Assembly: GCF_009914755.1 (NCBI RefSeq)
Contig: NC_060925.1
Length of the DNA stretch: 64,000 bases
Source of the DNA: the human T2T-CHM13v2.0 reference genome, Homo sapiens
Direction: 5' to 3' (one strand)
In this document: positions 31,761-48,694 of the stretch, one piece after another
How the letters are laid out: every line of letters begins with the position of its first letter
How positions within the stretch are numbered: position 1 is the stretch's first letter
The notes under the pieces: generated by a model
Databases searched by the model: none
The model's input: the letters and a program-made list of their open reading frames with translations, nothing else
What the model was told of the DNA's origin: nothing
Translations under genes and position numbers: made by a program

Positions 31761-32919
31761 TTGGTTTGGCACATCATATCCAAGCCCAGAAAAGTTAATT
31801 GTATTCTTTCTAACTTAGTCTTATTATTTTTCTTAAATGTTCCTTCTCCAGAAATTTAGAATTGGCCACCTCCATCCAGTTCTTTCTCTGACCTGATTTA
31901 AGCATTCTGTGAATATTAAGACTAGGATAAATGAGACTGTAATTGATTAAACTGTTAGTGCATGCAAGAATGTGTCTCAGATATTTTATTCCTCAATGTA
32001 ATATTTTTCAAAATATGTGTTTTTGTTAGTATAAGTCAGTCTTACTATTGGAAAGCTTCTTTGTTCTGATTTGTTTTGTTTTCAGATTTCTAACAAACTT
32101 GGTGTGCATCATAGTTATCTCCGTGCAGATTGTGTTGAAAACACCTTTGATGCTTCTCCCAGTCCCAAGGTACTCCTGGTAAATACAAAAATCCATTTTT
32201 AATACAACATTTGTTGACAATTGTGCATGTCTATCAAAAAGAAATAAATCTGGGAGGAAATTTGTGAAGGCAGGAGGCTAAGAGTGCAAGGGAAATGAAA
32301 CAGGCAGAGATTATGCATGTGAGGATATTTGCTTCACTCTTAGCTGGATGTGACCAGAATATTTCTTAGTGGATACCAGAATAATGGCAGTTTCTTAGAA
32401 AACATTGTCTTCTGGAGTGTAAGAACAGGAAGAAGATAAATACAACTAAAACGTTGGCCAAAAAAAAGCAGCCTACGATCCCGCAAATAAAAAGTAATGA
32501 AAAAATGCTGGTTTCTGAAAGCCAGAAACCGGAATCACTGAAATAGCTGGAGGAGAAGGGCTCTTTATGGAATACTAAGTAGACCTGCCTCCTTCAGTGT
32601 ATCATTAGTCATGACTCTTGGGCCAAGTGAATGAATGCATCTCCAGACTCCTCAGCTGCTCTTCACCCTTCAATCATAACTGTAGCTACGTTCTGCTTTG
32701 GCCAGCGGGGCTCCCCTGCCCAAATCAGCTGTTCTGCCCCGCTTCGCGCCTCCAAACCTTTCTCAGCACTCAAGGCTGAGCTCCTGTGTCACTCCTCTGA
32801 TGGTGCCAGCCCAGAATAATCTCTGCCACTTGGAAATCACCTTGGCACAGGGTCTAGGTGGGCATCATAGCTACCAGAGGGTCTGTCAGATGAACCTCAT
32901 GGACATAAGGATTAACAAC

Positions 32920-33450
<531 letters not shown>

Positions 33451-33499
33451 ATTCTTAAAATTTTTAAAACAAAAGTCACATTGACAATTTAGCAGAGTC

Positions 33500-33730
33500 T
33501 TTAAGAACATGGCTCTGGAGCCAGATAATTATTGGTTCAAATTCTACCAAATGGTAAATACCAGCTAAAAGAACTTGTGTCCATTGCTTCATATCTCTAT
33601 CTCTGTTTCCTTGTGTGTAAAAGGAGATAATAGTAATGCTCGGGGGTAACTGTAAAGATTAAATGAGTTATATGCAAAATTCTTGGTATATTATTTGGCA
33701 AACAGTGAAGTATTGTAGAAATTGTATCAA
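33500..33730 (+). mobile_element. MIR
   Basis: ggctctggagccaga...gattaaatgagtta. Confidence 0.65.
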
Positions 33731-33738
33731 TTATTAGA

Positions 33739-33889
33739 GCTTGGCATGGTGGCACATGCTGTATCCCCTGCTACTCTGAGGTGGGAAGCTCTCCTGAAGC
33801 CAGCAGTTTGAGATTGCAGTGAGCTATGATCATGCCTGTGAATAGCCACTGCACTCCAGCCTTGGCAACATAATAAGATTCTGTCTCTA
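33739..33889 (+). mobile_element. FAM/FRAM fossil Alu monomer
   Basis: Retains the 7SL-derived gcctgtgaatagccactgcactccagcc segment. Confidence 0.75.
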
Positions 33890-34799
33890 CTTTCTAAGAA
33901 AAATTATTTTAAAATACTGTTGCTACTCCTAAGTTAATCAATTATCAATGAACTATTATTAGTTAGTAGAAGCATTAATATTGTTCAGAATTATTAATGA
34001 ATTGTTATCTTAAATCATTTCTATTGATACAAGAACAGAAAAAGAGTTTGGGCAAAAGAATGATACCTTAGAGTATACATGGATAAGAAATACATAAAAC
34101 AAGATTTCCTCATGCAACATAGGTGATGAGCATTACCAACTGATCATAGCATTCTTTCCTGGGGAGTTTAATGAGTCAAAAGCCTTCCCCAAATGAACTC
34201 CAGGCAGCTAACACCAACCAACCAGAGGTGATAATAGAGCTGAAACTTTTAGCCGATGCTGGATTATAATCACCTAAAGGCAAAGGCAAGAATAGGCAAT
34301 ATGCGATTAAACGTTTGATAAACCTTCTCTGATGATGCTCCTATAATGTGTACTGTGTATATCATGTGATTAATGATTTTCATTAAAGAGAAAAGTATAA
34401 AGAACCAAAGTTGAAAGGTACCAGGTTTTCATTAAAATTAAGTAGCCAAGTAGATAGTAACACCAGGGTCATTGGCAACCAGAGCCTTGGATATAGGGCG
34501 AAGAGCTGGGGTGGTTTAGAAAAGCTGCAGCTAAGCAGGCCTTGCCAGGAAAAAGAAGCCTATAAGGAGCAGAACCTGGAAAACAACAGGCAAAGCAAAA
34601 CTGCAGGTCCAGAGCAGCGTGAAGCAAGGATAAGACCACTAAGTGAAGGTCAGTTTAAGGCTACAGTCAGAACAAGAAGTTAAGCCCACATCAGGGCATA
34701 TCAAAGCAGCAGAGTCAAGATAGTCATTAGGCCAAAGCCTAGGAAGACAGGTGGCAGTCAGGAAAACACACATTTGGAAGGGCTGGCTAAGGTGGACCT

Positions 34800-35260
34800 A
34801 AGAGGTTTGAGATGCCTATTGAAAATCCAAGTAGAAATGCCAAGTAGACTTGGATATTCAGCACTGAAGAGGCTGGAGCTAGAGAAGTGAAGTTAGGACC
34901 TATGGTATAATATGTAAAGGTATCATATGGAATAAGATAACCTAGAAAGTAGAGAAGTCCAAGGACTGAGACCTGGGGCCCTTCAACATTTCAAGGTCAA
35001 GAAGAGAAGAAAAAGTGGAGGACACTGAAGAAGAGAAGAGGAGAAGCCACCAAATTAGGAAAATATAAGCAGTAGATGATCTGAAACAAAGTGAAGAAAA
35101 TGCTCTCAGTGGTATCAATAGGTTCATAAGATAAGGGCTGAACATTCAATTCACCACTGGATATTGCAAGATAGAGGTCACTAATTACCTGGACAAGAGC
35201 ATTATCAGTGGCATAGTAACTACAAAGGCTTGGTTAAGAGTGGATTAAGAAGAGATCTGG
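34800..35260 (-). mobile_element. L2 relic
   Basis: gtttgagatgcctatt...atccaagtagaaatg...ccaaggactgagacctgggg. Confidence 0.65.
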
Positions 35261-35868
35261 AGTTGTTAAAATTAGAAGAGATAAAATGTTAAAAGAGTTC
35301 TGTGAACTGTAAAATGCCATGCATACAATGATAATTTTGTCACAACTGATCATTATGGTGAAAATTACTTAACCTTAGTACTTAAGACTTGTTGGTGTAG
35401 ATAAGTGAATGGTTGGTAGATAAAGATGGTCAGCTGATGACAGATGGTGACAGAGTCATGTCTTAAGAACACATTAAGGGTGCAAAAACAATTTTTCTCC
35501 CTCTGTTCCAAATCTGTTTAGGAGATAGCTGGGAGTCGTTGACAAATGTAGTAAGCAGAAGAAAAGCAGATCTTCAAAATGGAATCCATGCATAACTGAA
35601 TGTAAAATTTGTACATTTGTAGGTCCAAGTATACATGTAAGCAATAATTTGTTATCTTCAGACATTACAATTTGGCTAATTAGAAAGTCATGGAGACTTC
35701 CATTTGCTGTGGATAGTAAATTTGATAATCCAGCTAGCAATTGCTAGGGAAAAGTGAATTGTGGATTCCTATCTATCTGTCCAAATCATTTACTAAAATA
35801 TTATTGGATGCCTACTACATGTAAGGTTTCTGAGCCATGCCCTACTAGTAAATGTAGCCAAGGAAAAC

Positions 35869-36167
<299 letters not shown>

Positions 36168-37208
36168 AAGGTAATCATTTTGTCACACAAAACTCAGAGT
36201 ATATGAGAGACTTGTAACTTTTAAATTATCTCTGATGAATTTAAAGTTCTTCAGCAACCTTAGTCCCACAAGGCAAAAGGAAAAATTTGCTTAAATGCAT
36301 ACATGAACGGTATATTTTTCCATTAAATTAGTCTCTTTAGTTTAAATTTGCTCTCTTTCAGGTAAATACTCACCACTCGGGGTATTCTTTTTTACCTCTT
36401 CTTCCAGGGTTAGCTGGTTGAAGGATAACTCACCTATCCTCCTGGTGATAGAGGGGTACTTGGTCCCCATCCTGTCCTCTGGGTCTTTGACAGCCTCTGA
36501 CATGGTACAACTGTTCTGCTCTCATCCCTGGCATCTGGCCTGCACCCACTGCTACAGTTGTCAGCTAAAGAAACATCTGGTCTATTCCATGATAGCTCTA
36601 GCTATGGGTGTCTTCATATGTTCATGTCTCTGATGCTGGTGGCATCTTGCTGCCAGCTCTATCAGATGGCCCATTTTCAACCACCCTCTTGGGACTTTCC
36701 TCCCCATCCTTTAGGCATTAGGAACTCCAGGGAGCTTCTGATTCCTGGTACAGGTCCATCCAACAAGATTGTGGGGAGATCGTGGACATGGCTCACCTTC
36801 CTGCTCTCTTCCACAGCCATTTCTGGGTCCACAGGAAGGCTAGGAATTCTCTCCTTGCCAATCAGGGCTTCTTATGAAGCAAGCGAGATCGCTCATCTTC
36901 CACCTTGCTATGCCTCTCTGCCGTCTCTGCCTTACAGCTTGGTGGTGCTGTCATCAACACAGAGCTACTTCCCAGAGAAGCAAGGACAAGTCTCACAGCT
37001 TTATGTCTCTTCAAACCTATCTGCTTATGTTCCAGTGACTTTCCACCCTCGCCCTCTGGGGTTTTAGGCCAATAGAAGACAGCCAGGCACGTATGTCTCA
37101 TTTCCTTTCCTTACCTTCTCTCCTCCAAAGCCCTACTTCTTGGTGTCAAAGAACTATCTTTTTCTTCTCTTCCTGTCTGAAAGGGCTTTCTCCTACAACT
37201 GGAAAACT

Positions 37209-37561
<353 letters not shown>

Positions 37562-38706
37562 TCAGAAAACACCATAATTGTTTCAAAAGAACTGAGTATA
37601 TGAGAGATTGCTTGTCTTTCGAAACCTTGCAAACTAATTGGAAAGATAAGACAATATGTAAAAAATAGATAATGCACAAGCTACTGCCGTGTTGCAGATG
37701 CTATCATCTGTCCAGAGGCCAGCTCAACTGGTTGGAGAGCTGAGCTAGACGGAAGGCAGCAGGGAAGCCTCCCTGAATTAGCACCAGCATGGAAGGCTAG
37801 GCTAACATGAGGGGTGGGTGGAAATGAGTAAGTTAGCAAAAGGCCTCCATAGAGAATTCTGGGCAGCATTATATTGGGTTGATTCTTTTTTTCTGCCTGA
37901 GTTGTGCTACTCTGAGCAAAAAGAATTTTGGACAGACTATCATTTTGCAAATTCATAGATTTGAACTGACTCTAGCCTTAATGGAAAATATCCCTTATTA
38001 TTCACACCTTACTTTCAGCTGAAATGTTAACAAGTATGGGACACATTCTTCACTAGTATTCCAGAAAGGAACTTGCACCGTCAAGGTCAATTTAGGCTTT
38101 TCCCTATGAAGGAATGTCCTTTTACAAAGCTATGTGTCTATGGCTTATATTTCAATCATTCTTCCTTGGATATTTCTTAGTCTGGTAAATGCAGTAACAG
38201 ATATATTCCATGCAATTAGATTTTCTTACTTTGATGATGTACATTAATTCTTCTGTTTGTCTTTATTCTTTTATTCCGTGAGTTAGGTTAATATAATGGC
38301 AAAAGGGGAAAAAAACACAAAAGATATATGTGTCTATTTACATACCTAGTATGCATATAGTATGTATCATGTCTGCATGCAAACATATAGCATACATAAC
38401 ATTGACACAAAGTATATGTATATAGTTAAATATGTGTGAATCTATGGCAGAAAAACATACATAAATATATATATACACACATTTGGGTAAATATAAAAGT
38501 ACTGAAGTCCATATTGAGGTATAAACTACAGATCCCCATTTGATACAAATAAAATGTTTCATGTCTTTGCACCTTTGCATAGGTTGCTTCCTTCAGCCTG
38601 AAATGTTCTTTGAATCCCCTTCACCTCCCAAACTCCTTAGTCTTCAAGAACCAGCTCAAGATCCACTTCCCCATTATGCTGTTATTGTGCTAGATTTCAC
38701 TGAATT

Positions 38707-39016
<310 letters not shown>

Positions 39017-39657
39017 ACCAAATTCTTATATGTATGCTTCCATTATTGTATATTCCTGTCTCCTCTCCTAGACAATGAGCTCTTTGAGTATAAGAACTGG
39101 GTCTCATTCATGTTTGCTTTGCCCCAGACCTTAACCCTCAGGCACATACTAAGCACTCAATAAACATTTTATGAATGAGTAAATGAAGTCCTTGAATAAT
39201 AATTAAGACTTTGATGTGAAGGAACATAAAGCTCTCTCCTAACCCAGACTGGGGAGGGACCTTGAGGAAGGCTGGAAACTTTCTAAGGCAGAGAGAAGTT
39301 AAAGGACATCAGCCTGCTTGGGGAAGGTATTTGGAGGATGGAGACCACCTACTTGGGTGACATGGAGTGATGTCATATGAATAGCTTTTGTGTCTAGGCC
39401 TTTGCAAACTAACATGATATAATGATTACTTTTCTAAAGCTAGAAAAATTCTAAAGAGGGTCAAGCTCTTTGAAAGTTGGCTATACAGGCAGTGGCTTTG
39501 GAGATGGATGTTCCTCCACTTACCACATGACCTCAGCAGGCCATATCACTTTTCTGGAACTCAGCTTCTAAGGAGGGAGTGGGGAGGGAGAATGGTGCCT
39601 ACCTTGCCAGGTGAGGCAGAAATGAGAAATTTCACCTAACGTGCTGTGTGTAATATA

Positions 39658-40110
39658 TTATTGAGACTCAGGGCCTGGTCAGGAAAACTTCAACTATTTC
39701 CAAGTATTTAGACCAGAGGAAATTTAATGCAGGGAATTTGTTAAGTGGGGTCTGGGAGAACTGAAAGCAAAGAGGTACAGTGAGGAAATCCAAAGATCAG
39801 CCACAGCAGGAAGCCACTGCTGTCCCTAAGCTGCAGAGATAAAGGGAGGGAATGGTGTTACAGACACCAAGAGCTGAGGTGACCCAAGAAAAGGTGAAAC
39901 CATGTCCAGCGGGAACTGGGACCATGGAGGAGACGTGGCTATTGCTGGGAAGACACCTGCACCTAAGGCAGAAAGGAAAGGGCGAAACACCTGGGTTTCT
40001 TTTCCCTCTGCCCTCTTGTCTCCCACCACCACAAGCCACTATCTGAACCCAGGACTCAGCCGCTTTGCAACAGAAGGTAAAGCAGGAGAATAGAGAGAAA
40101 TGAATCTCAA
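39658..40110 (-). mobile_element. LTR33
   Basis: cagaggaaatttaatgcagggaattt...cagcaggaagccactgc...aaagggagggaatggtgttac. Confidence 0.7.
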
Positions 40111-40440
40111 AACAAATGCACAATTCATTTACACAATCAGTTATTCATTTACACAGTCAGTTAGAGTTAGTTTTGTCCATGAGGGACAGAAAATTCAAAT
40201 AACTGTGGCTTAAATAAGGAAGAAGCTCATGTTTCTGTCCCGTAAAAGCCCAGGTAGGCGAGTTAGGTCTGTGATGGGACTTTATCCTGGCAGAACCACA
40301 GGCATCTTCCATCTTTATACTCCTTTGCGTGTGGCTTGAGCTCATGGTCCCAAATGGGGCATCTGTGTTTCAGGAGGCAGATGGTAAAATGGACAAAGAA
40401 AAAAAGAGAGAGAGGAGCACATAGACATTGTCTGGTAAAG

Positions 40441-40985
<545 letters not shown>

Positions 40986-42439
40986 TTAGGCAAAAAGTTC
41001 CTGGAAACTACATTTCTGTTTCATCCCACTGGCCAGAACTTAGTCACATGACTGTGCAGACTTGTCAGAAGAGCTGGGAAATGTACCCTTTATGACAGGG
41101 AGCCATTTGTCTGACCAAAAATTAAAGACTTTATTAGTATAAAAGAAAGAGAGTTTCCATATTCAGTGATAACTAGGAGTCTCAGCCACATCCACAGGCA
41201 TTGTTATCACCACCTGTTGTTATTGTTACTATTGATGGTTATTATTGACAGAAAGCCATCCCACTCAGGGGGTGACTCTTGGCAGTTTAACACAGTGATG
41301 ACAAGTTTGGTGCCTGGATCCACACAGTCTGTGTGTGAATCCCACTTTGTCCTTTAGCTTTCTCTTCTCTAAAATGGGGATAATAATTGTGTCTTCCAAG
41401 TTTCTGGAAGGACTAAATGGGGATGAGAGTTGAGCAGACACGTGGTCCCTGTGTGAGCCCTTAGTGATGTTGGGTGTAGATGTCAGCACCGGAGCCCAGA
41501 GGCAGGGCATATGGGAGGGTGGCAGGGGGAAGGCATGCTGTGTCCAGCCAATGTCCATTCTGATGCTGAAGCCGTTGTTAAATATATGGCAAATCACCTC
41601 TGCTCCATAGCGGCACACAAGAACTGGGCCAGGAATGAGATGCTAGCCAGCCACGAGGAACAGTAGACAATAGCATCACACTCTGCAACTTTTGAGGAAG
41701 GAAGTTGAGGGGCAATGAGTGCATCTTTCAGGGTTCAACTAAGTTTGGAGTAATAATAACCGCAGTACCTGGCATATAGTGGGCCCTAGATTATTTGTTG
41801 GCTGTTGAATGAATGACCAAAGTAGAATTGTGAAAAAATACCTTTTGACTATGACACAAACTTACTTTTTTTCCTGTTGCGGATGTGAAATGGAAAAGAC
41901 AAAGGTAATATAAACAAGAAATCACATTTAAGTTGAGTGTGTTTCCAAAAATAAAATTATTGTCGCACTCTTATTAAAAATACATAACTTTTTCTTCCAC
42001 CTTCTGTATGTTATGATTACTCTTGTAACACTAATTAAACACCTGCCATGTGCTAAGTGGTAAACAGAATATGTGAATAATGATGTTTGTGCTCTCATGG
42101 TGATGGGCAGAGAAACTGGGTAGAAAACTCCACAGGAAGGATGAAGGTGAATTTGATATTTTAATATTAGTCATATTGGCATGGTGTTTTCATGGAAAGT
42201 TGTGAAACAACCTTATTTGGACATATGAGAAAAAGATAAGCCACACTTACTTGCAATCAGAGAAAGTAAATGGCTTGTCTAGGTTCCCTCTTCATCTCCA
42301 AGGAATATCATGTGCCTAAACCAGAGGTTACTTTAGGGAGGACACGTGTTCCACATGGCCAGTGAATGCATTTATTTTACCTGCCTGGTCCCAGTCAGTA
42401 TTTAAGGTGATATTTCTACAAACATCTGATAGTCTCCAG

Positions 42440-43070
42440 AATGTATTCATTCACTCATTCATTCATCCATTCATGTATTCATTTTTATTCATTCATGTAT
42501 TCCTCAATTCAGTAAATGTTTATAAAGTCCCCACTATGTGCCCTATGCCACTGAGAAGTAAAATATTAAAAGACTAAAAACAAATTGCTTTTCCCCTAAA
42601 GGGAATGTCTGCCCTCTGAGAAAGACAGTCAAGAGCCACTAATTGCAGTGCAGATGGACAAAGGCAAAGACTGGCACAGGGGGCATCATGGGAGCATCAG
42701 GAAGTGGCTTCTACCTCCACCTGGAGTACAGGGCAGAGTGGTCAAGAAAGGTCCCCTAGAGGGAGGTGATTCCAACTGAATCTTCAAAATTTAGAATGCC
42801 TTAGCTAGGTGGCAAGGTAAGGAAGGCAGGGAAGTGTAGCACCAGGGAGTCAGAGATTCTAGTAGCTCATTTTGGCTGGTGCACAGGATGTAAATGCATG
42901 CTGGAGGAGGGTGTGGGGAGGGGTGGGGACAGAGAGATGCCTGTAGGTCCAGACCATGCAAATCTTTGTGTGCTTAAGAATTTCCATTTCGTTCTAAAGA
43001 TTATGTGGGATCATTGATAAATAAATACAGGAGAAATGAAATGACTTGATCAGGCTCAAGAAAAGACCAT
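42440..43070 (-). mobile_element. L2 relic
   Basis: (cattcatt)n terminus, ctatgtgcc..., gtcaagaaagg...gaggtga. Confidence 0.6.
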
Positions 43071-43083
43071 TCATGGATGACTT

Positions 43084-43282
43084 AAAAAATAATCTCAACT
43101 TTTATTTTAGATTTAGGGGAGTACATTCGCAGGTTTGTTAGATGGGCATATTGTGTGATGCTGGGGTTTGGAGTATGGATGATCCCATTACCCAGGTAGT
43201 GAGCATAGTACCCAGTAGGTAGTTTTACAGCTCACAGCACCCCTTTTCTACCTCCTCGAGTAGCCCTCAGTGTCTATTGTAA
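43084..43282 (-). mobile_element. L1PA16/L1PB 3' end
   Basis: cccattacccaggtagtgagcatagtaccc; TSD ggatgactt (43075-43083, 43283-43291). Confidence 0.85.
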
Positions 43283-43418
43283 GGATGACTTTTTTATTTC
43301 AACCTTGACACGCTCAAGTTGCCCTTGTGTGTCCCCACCCCTGAGGGTGGTCAGGCAGGAAGTAGGTCTGCCAGTCAGTGCTATGAGCTGAGGGGAAGAA
43401 TACTAATGTTAAGACGCT

Positions 43419-43703
43419 GACCAGGCATGGTGGCTCACACCTGTAATCCCAGCACTTTGGAAGGCCAAGACAGGCGGATCACGAGGTCAGGAGATTGAGA
43501 CCATCCTGGCTAACATGGTGAAACCCCATCTCTATTAAAAATACAAAAAATTAGCCGGGTGTGGTGGCACGCACCTGTAATCCAAACCACTCAGGAGGCT
43601 GAGGCAAGAGAATCACTTGAACCCGGGAAGTGGGTGTTGCAGTGAGCTGAGATCATGCCATTGCATGCCAGCCTGGGCGATAGAGCAAGATTAAAAAAAA
43701 AAA
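43419..43703 (+). mobile_element. AluSc
   Basis: Sense dimer. Confidence 0.9.
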
Positions 43704-44264
43704 GCCTCATGCCTGAGAGTGACTAATCCAAATGTGTCAGAGATGACACTGAAGTAGTGGGTCCAACATGGATCATCAAACCCAAGGGCACTGAAGGAGA
43801 GACTCTGGGGTCAAGAGTGAACTGAAATAGGCCAGGGAAAACTAGAGATGGCAGGTGGAATGAGAGGTCTTCTGGACTTGTTTTGGAGGTTTCCACTGCA
43901 TGTTTTTAGTACCGCACTAGAAAAGGCTTGCTTGGGTACTTAAGGGTTCTTGACCCCTGGGACTGTAGGGTAAAGTTGCAATGCTCAGTACGCACACCCA
44001 TTGCATAGGAATTCTGGAATTCTCCACTGTTGTGGGGACATCAGTACAATAGCAACACTGATCTGAAAATGCCTAGCACAATGTCTGCCTCTTATAAAAT
44101 TCCTCACTTGTAGTTACTTGTTCTTGCAATTACCAGTTCAGTATCTGTCCTTGCCACCAAGATGTAAGTGCCGAAGGAAAGGGAATGTGCCTGCCACATC
44201 TCTGCTCTCTAGTATGTAGCCAAGTTCCTGGTGTGAGTGAATGATAAACAATTTTAAAATCTGA

Positions 44265-44550
44265 GGCCAGGTGAGGTGGCTCACACCTGTAATCCTAGCA
44301 CTTTGGGAGGCTGAGGCGGGTGCATCACCTGAGGTCAGGAGTTCAAGATCAGCCTGGCCAATATGGTGAAACCCCATCTCTACTAAAAATACAAAAATTA
44401 GCCAGGCATGGTGCTGGGTGCCTATAATCCCAGCTACTTGGGAGGCTGAGGCAGGAGAATTGCTTGAATCCGGGGGCGGAGGTTGCGGCTCTGCACTCTA
44501 GCCTGGGTGACAGAGCGATATTCCATCTCAAAATAAAATAAAATAAAAAT
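44265..44550 (+). mobile_element. AluSx
   Basis: Sense dimer; TSD aaaatctga; short right-arm deletion. Confidence 0.9.
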
Positions 44551-44829
44551 AAAATCTGAATCTGGTTTGCCCCATTAACCGCTAAGATATTTATGTACTA
44601 ATTCAAGGTCAAGTCAGTTGGATGACATTGATAAACTATAGCATTTATACCATTAGTGTTTCTGATCCTTCAGAACATTTTGTGGTTAAGTTCCTCTATT
44701 TTGGCTTTCATACAGAAATGTTTAGATAGCCCAATTTTTCTGAACAATAGTTTCCACCTTTGCAAAATGGATTTGATCATAATACCTAAGCTGTTATTAT
44801 GAGTCAGGATAGCACTTAATTAAGAATGA

Positions 44830-45045
44830 TAGCCTGGACTTAAATAATAACACTAACACATATTACTTCTGAAACCTTGGGTAAAAAACTCAATCTTGTG
44901 AAACCTCAGTTTCCTGGTCTATAAAGTGGGGATGATTATATCTACTTAATATGTTCTCTGCAAGAATAAAATAAAATAATTCATTTAAAACACTTAGTGT
45001 AGTGCCTGGGACCTAGTGAAAGCACAATAAATGTTAACTATTATT
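44830..45045 (+). mobile_element. MIR
   Basis: cctcagtttcctggtctataaagtggggat...gtgcctggga...caataaatgtta. Confidence 0.7.
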
Positions 45046-45107
45046 ATTATGACTCATAGAGTTTTAAGGATTGAATGAGATCATTTCATTTAAAACATAC
45101 AGCATCA

Positions 45108-45641
45108 CCCAAAGGACTATAAATCATGCTGCTATAAAGACACATGCACACGTATGTTTATTGCAGCACTAGTCACAATAGCAAAGACTTGGAACCAACC
45201 CAAATGTCCAACAATGATAGATTGGATTAAGAAAATGTGGCACATATATACCATGGAGTACCATGCAGCCATAAAAAATGATGAGTTCATGTCCTTTGTA
45301 GGGACATGGATGAAATTGGAAATCATCATTCTCAGTAAACTATCGCAAGAACAAAAAACCAAACACCACATATTCTCACTCATAGGTGGGAATTGAACAA
45401 TGAGAACACATGGACACAGGAAGGGGAACATCACACTCTGGGGACTGTTGTGGCATTGGCAGAGGGGGGAGGGATAGCATTAGGAGATATACCTAATGCT
45501 AAATGATGAGTTAATGGGTGCAGCACACCAGCATGACACATGTATACATATGTAACTAACCTGCACATTGTGCACATGTACCCTAAAACTTAAAGTATAA
45601 TAATAATAAAATTAAAAAAAATAAAAAATAAATTAAAAAAA
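45108..45641 (+). mobile_element. 5'-truncated L1PA3-like element (ORF2 C-terminal remnant + 3'UTR)
   Basis: ORF 45154-45396 ends ...HIFSLIGGN*, the L1 ORF2 C-terminus; L1PA3-type 3'UTR and A tail. Confidence 0.95.
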
Positions 45642-45857
45642 TGTTTTGCCACCTCAAATTAGTTTTTAACAAAATTAAGTGGGGTGTAAATAATTAGCTA
45701 ATAAATATTCACCATGTAATTAGCTATTTCTAATTTCCTTGAACTTATGTATTGTTTTAGACATTTTCAAAGAGAAATACATAATATGCTTTTCTAAATA
45801 TTTACTGTAATGAAATAATTAAAAATGTTTCAGCACACACACACACACACACACAAA
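45642..45857 (+). other. L1 3'-transduced segment with degenerate (CA)n tail
   Basis: Lies between the L1 poly-A and the downstream TSD copy atacagcatca (45097-45107, 45858-45868); ATTAAA at 45818-45823. Confidence 0.8.
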
Positions 45858-46078
45858 ATACAGCATCATGCCTAGAACCTAGTAAGCACTCAGAAAGTGT
45901 TAGCTAATATTAATAGTTATCTATTAATATTAATAGCTATCTATCTACAAGTGCCTCATGGCCTTTCCACTTGCTGTTCCCTATGTCTTGAAACTCTTCC
46001 TTATAATATTAATATAAATAGCTAGTATTAATAGATAATTATTAATATTATTTCCATATATAATCATTGTTGTCTGTG

Positions 46079-46427
<349 letters not shown>

Positions 46428-46498
46428 TAGGTGGTTTAAATCTCTTATTGCTAATTCACTTTGTATATTTCTATGTCTTGCCTCCCTAGCCAGTGAGT

Positions 46499-46997
46499 GA
46501 GTGCCACAATTCTCTATGGGTTTCTTGCATTTTTGCATGCCTTGTGAGCAAGATGTTAACCACTCTTTTGTTCTGGACTATATTTTCAAAGACTTCTGCT
46601 TACTGAACAGCCTGGGCAGGTAGAGATAGTGTCTTTCTTTAGAGCAAAGGGAAAATTTGCTTTCTGTTCAATATATTAAACATATATATTTCTGGGGCAA
46701 AGGGCAGTTTTGTTTGCATTTCATCATAAAAGATTTGGGCTATCTAAGCTTGGGGTTTCTCTCTTTCAATACTACCTGTTGTATGCAGGTGTCACCTGGC
46801 TCTCTTCATATTGCCCTGTGGAAACTGGGTCTTGGAGGACTGGCACAAACGCTGACACTCTGGCTACTGCTATCGTTCTGAGCAATAAAGCCCTTTGTCT
46901 CTAATTCAGGAGTCTCATATCTTCTGCCAGCATCATGAGGCTGTGGTGGGTTGACTTGTTGGCTTGCAAATGGCATAACCTTTCACAGTTCCTAAGA
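46499..46997 (+). mobile_element. ERV solo LTR (LTR47-like, family tentative)
   Basis: ctctggctactgctat...AATAAAgccctttgtctct...ggagtctca..tcttctgccagcatc. Confidence 0.6.
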
Positions 46998-47319
46998 GTG
47001 AAAGCAGATATTTGAAGGAAGAGCGTTCAAGACGGAACAGCAACAGGAAAGGCCGTAAGGCACTTGTTGGACGTAATATTCTCTGTCTTGATTCTCTGTC
47101 CTTTCTGATACCTGTAAAGTTCTTAAGGACAGCCAATCATATTCATCTTTATATCCCTAGCACCCAGCAAAATCATTGGCATATAGCAAATGCTCAATAA
47201 ATGTTTGTTGAAATTAACAGGAAAAAATAATTGCTGCTTTGGAAATAAGGATGTTTCTTGGGCAGCGATTCATGGGGTGCCAAATAATATAATTTCTTTT
47301 CTTTTTTCTCATTCAGAGA

Positions 47320-47520
47320 GAGGCACATGATAGAGTTGCAAAATAATTGAGCTGGGAGTCAAACAGACCTGGGTTTCCATCCCACCTCTGCTGTTACTAG
47401 CCTGTAACCTTGGTCAAGTTACTTTACCTTTCTGAGCCTCCTTTTCCCTGTGTATAATATTGCAATGATCTTGTCTTCCCTATTTTGATGCTTAAATGAT
47501 AGAATATAGGAAACATACTA
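47320..47520 (+). mobile_element. MIR
   Basis: ggagtcaaacagacctgggtt...accttggtcaagttacttta. Confidence 0.7.
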
Positions 47521-47902
<382 letters not shown>

Positions 47903-48044
47903 TCATGGTTATTCAACCTTTACTGTCTCCCAGTTTGAAGGGAAATGGGAAACCTGATGATTTCTTAAATCAGCAGAAGAATGTGAAAAACAGAGAGAGT
48001 CTGTGTTCTAAGATTCAGTCTAGACCATTAACCATTTCCATTTA

Positions 48045-48218
<174 letters not shown>

Positions 48219-48297
48219 TTAACTTAAAAATTAAAAAAAAAAAAATCGTAAGTTGGCACTGGCTGAGATTTGTAGTCTGCTAGAAATTAACAAGTGA

Positions 48298-48694
<397 letters not shown>

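Noticed and set aside
36558-37067. 169-aa ORF in non-Alu sequence
   Set aside because: No recognisable domain, S/L/P-biased, no supporting exon structure; possibly a decayed LTR/ERV piece that I cannot name.
45154-45396. 80-aa ORF with L1 ORF2 C-terminus
   Set aside because: Remnant of a 5'-truncated L1 with no promoter; not a gene.
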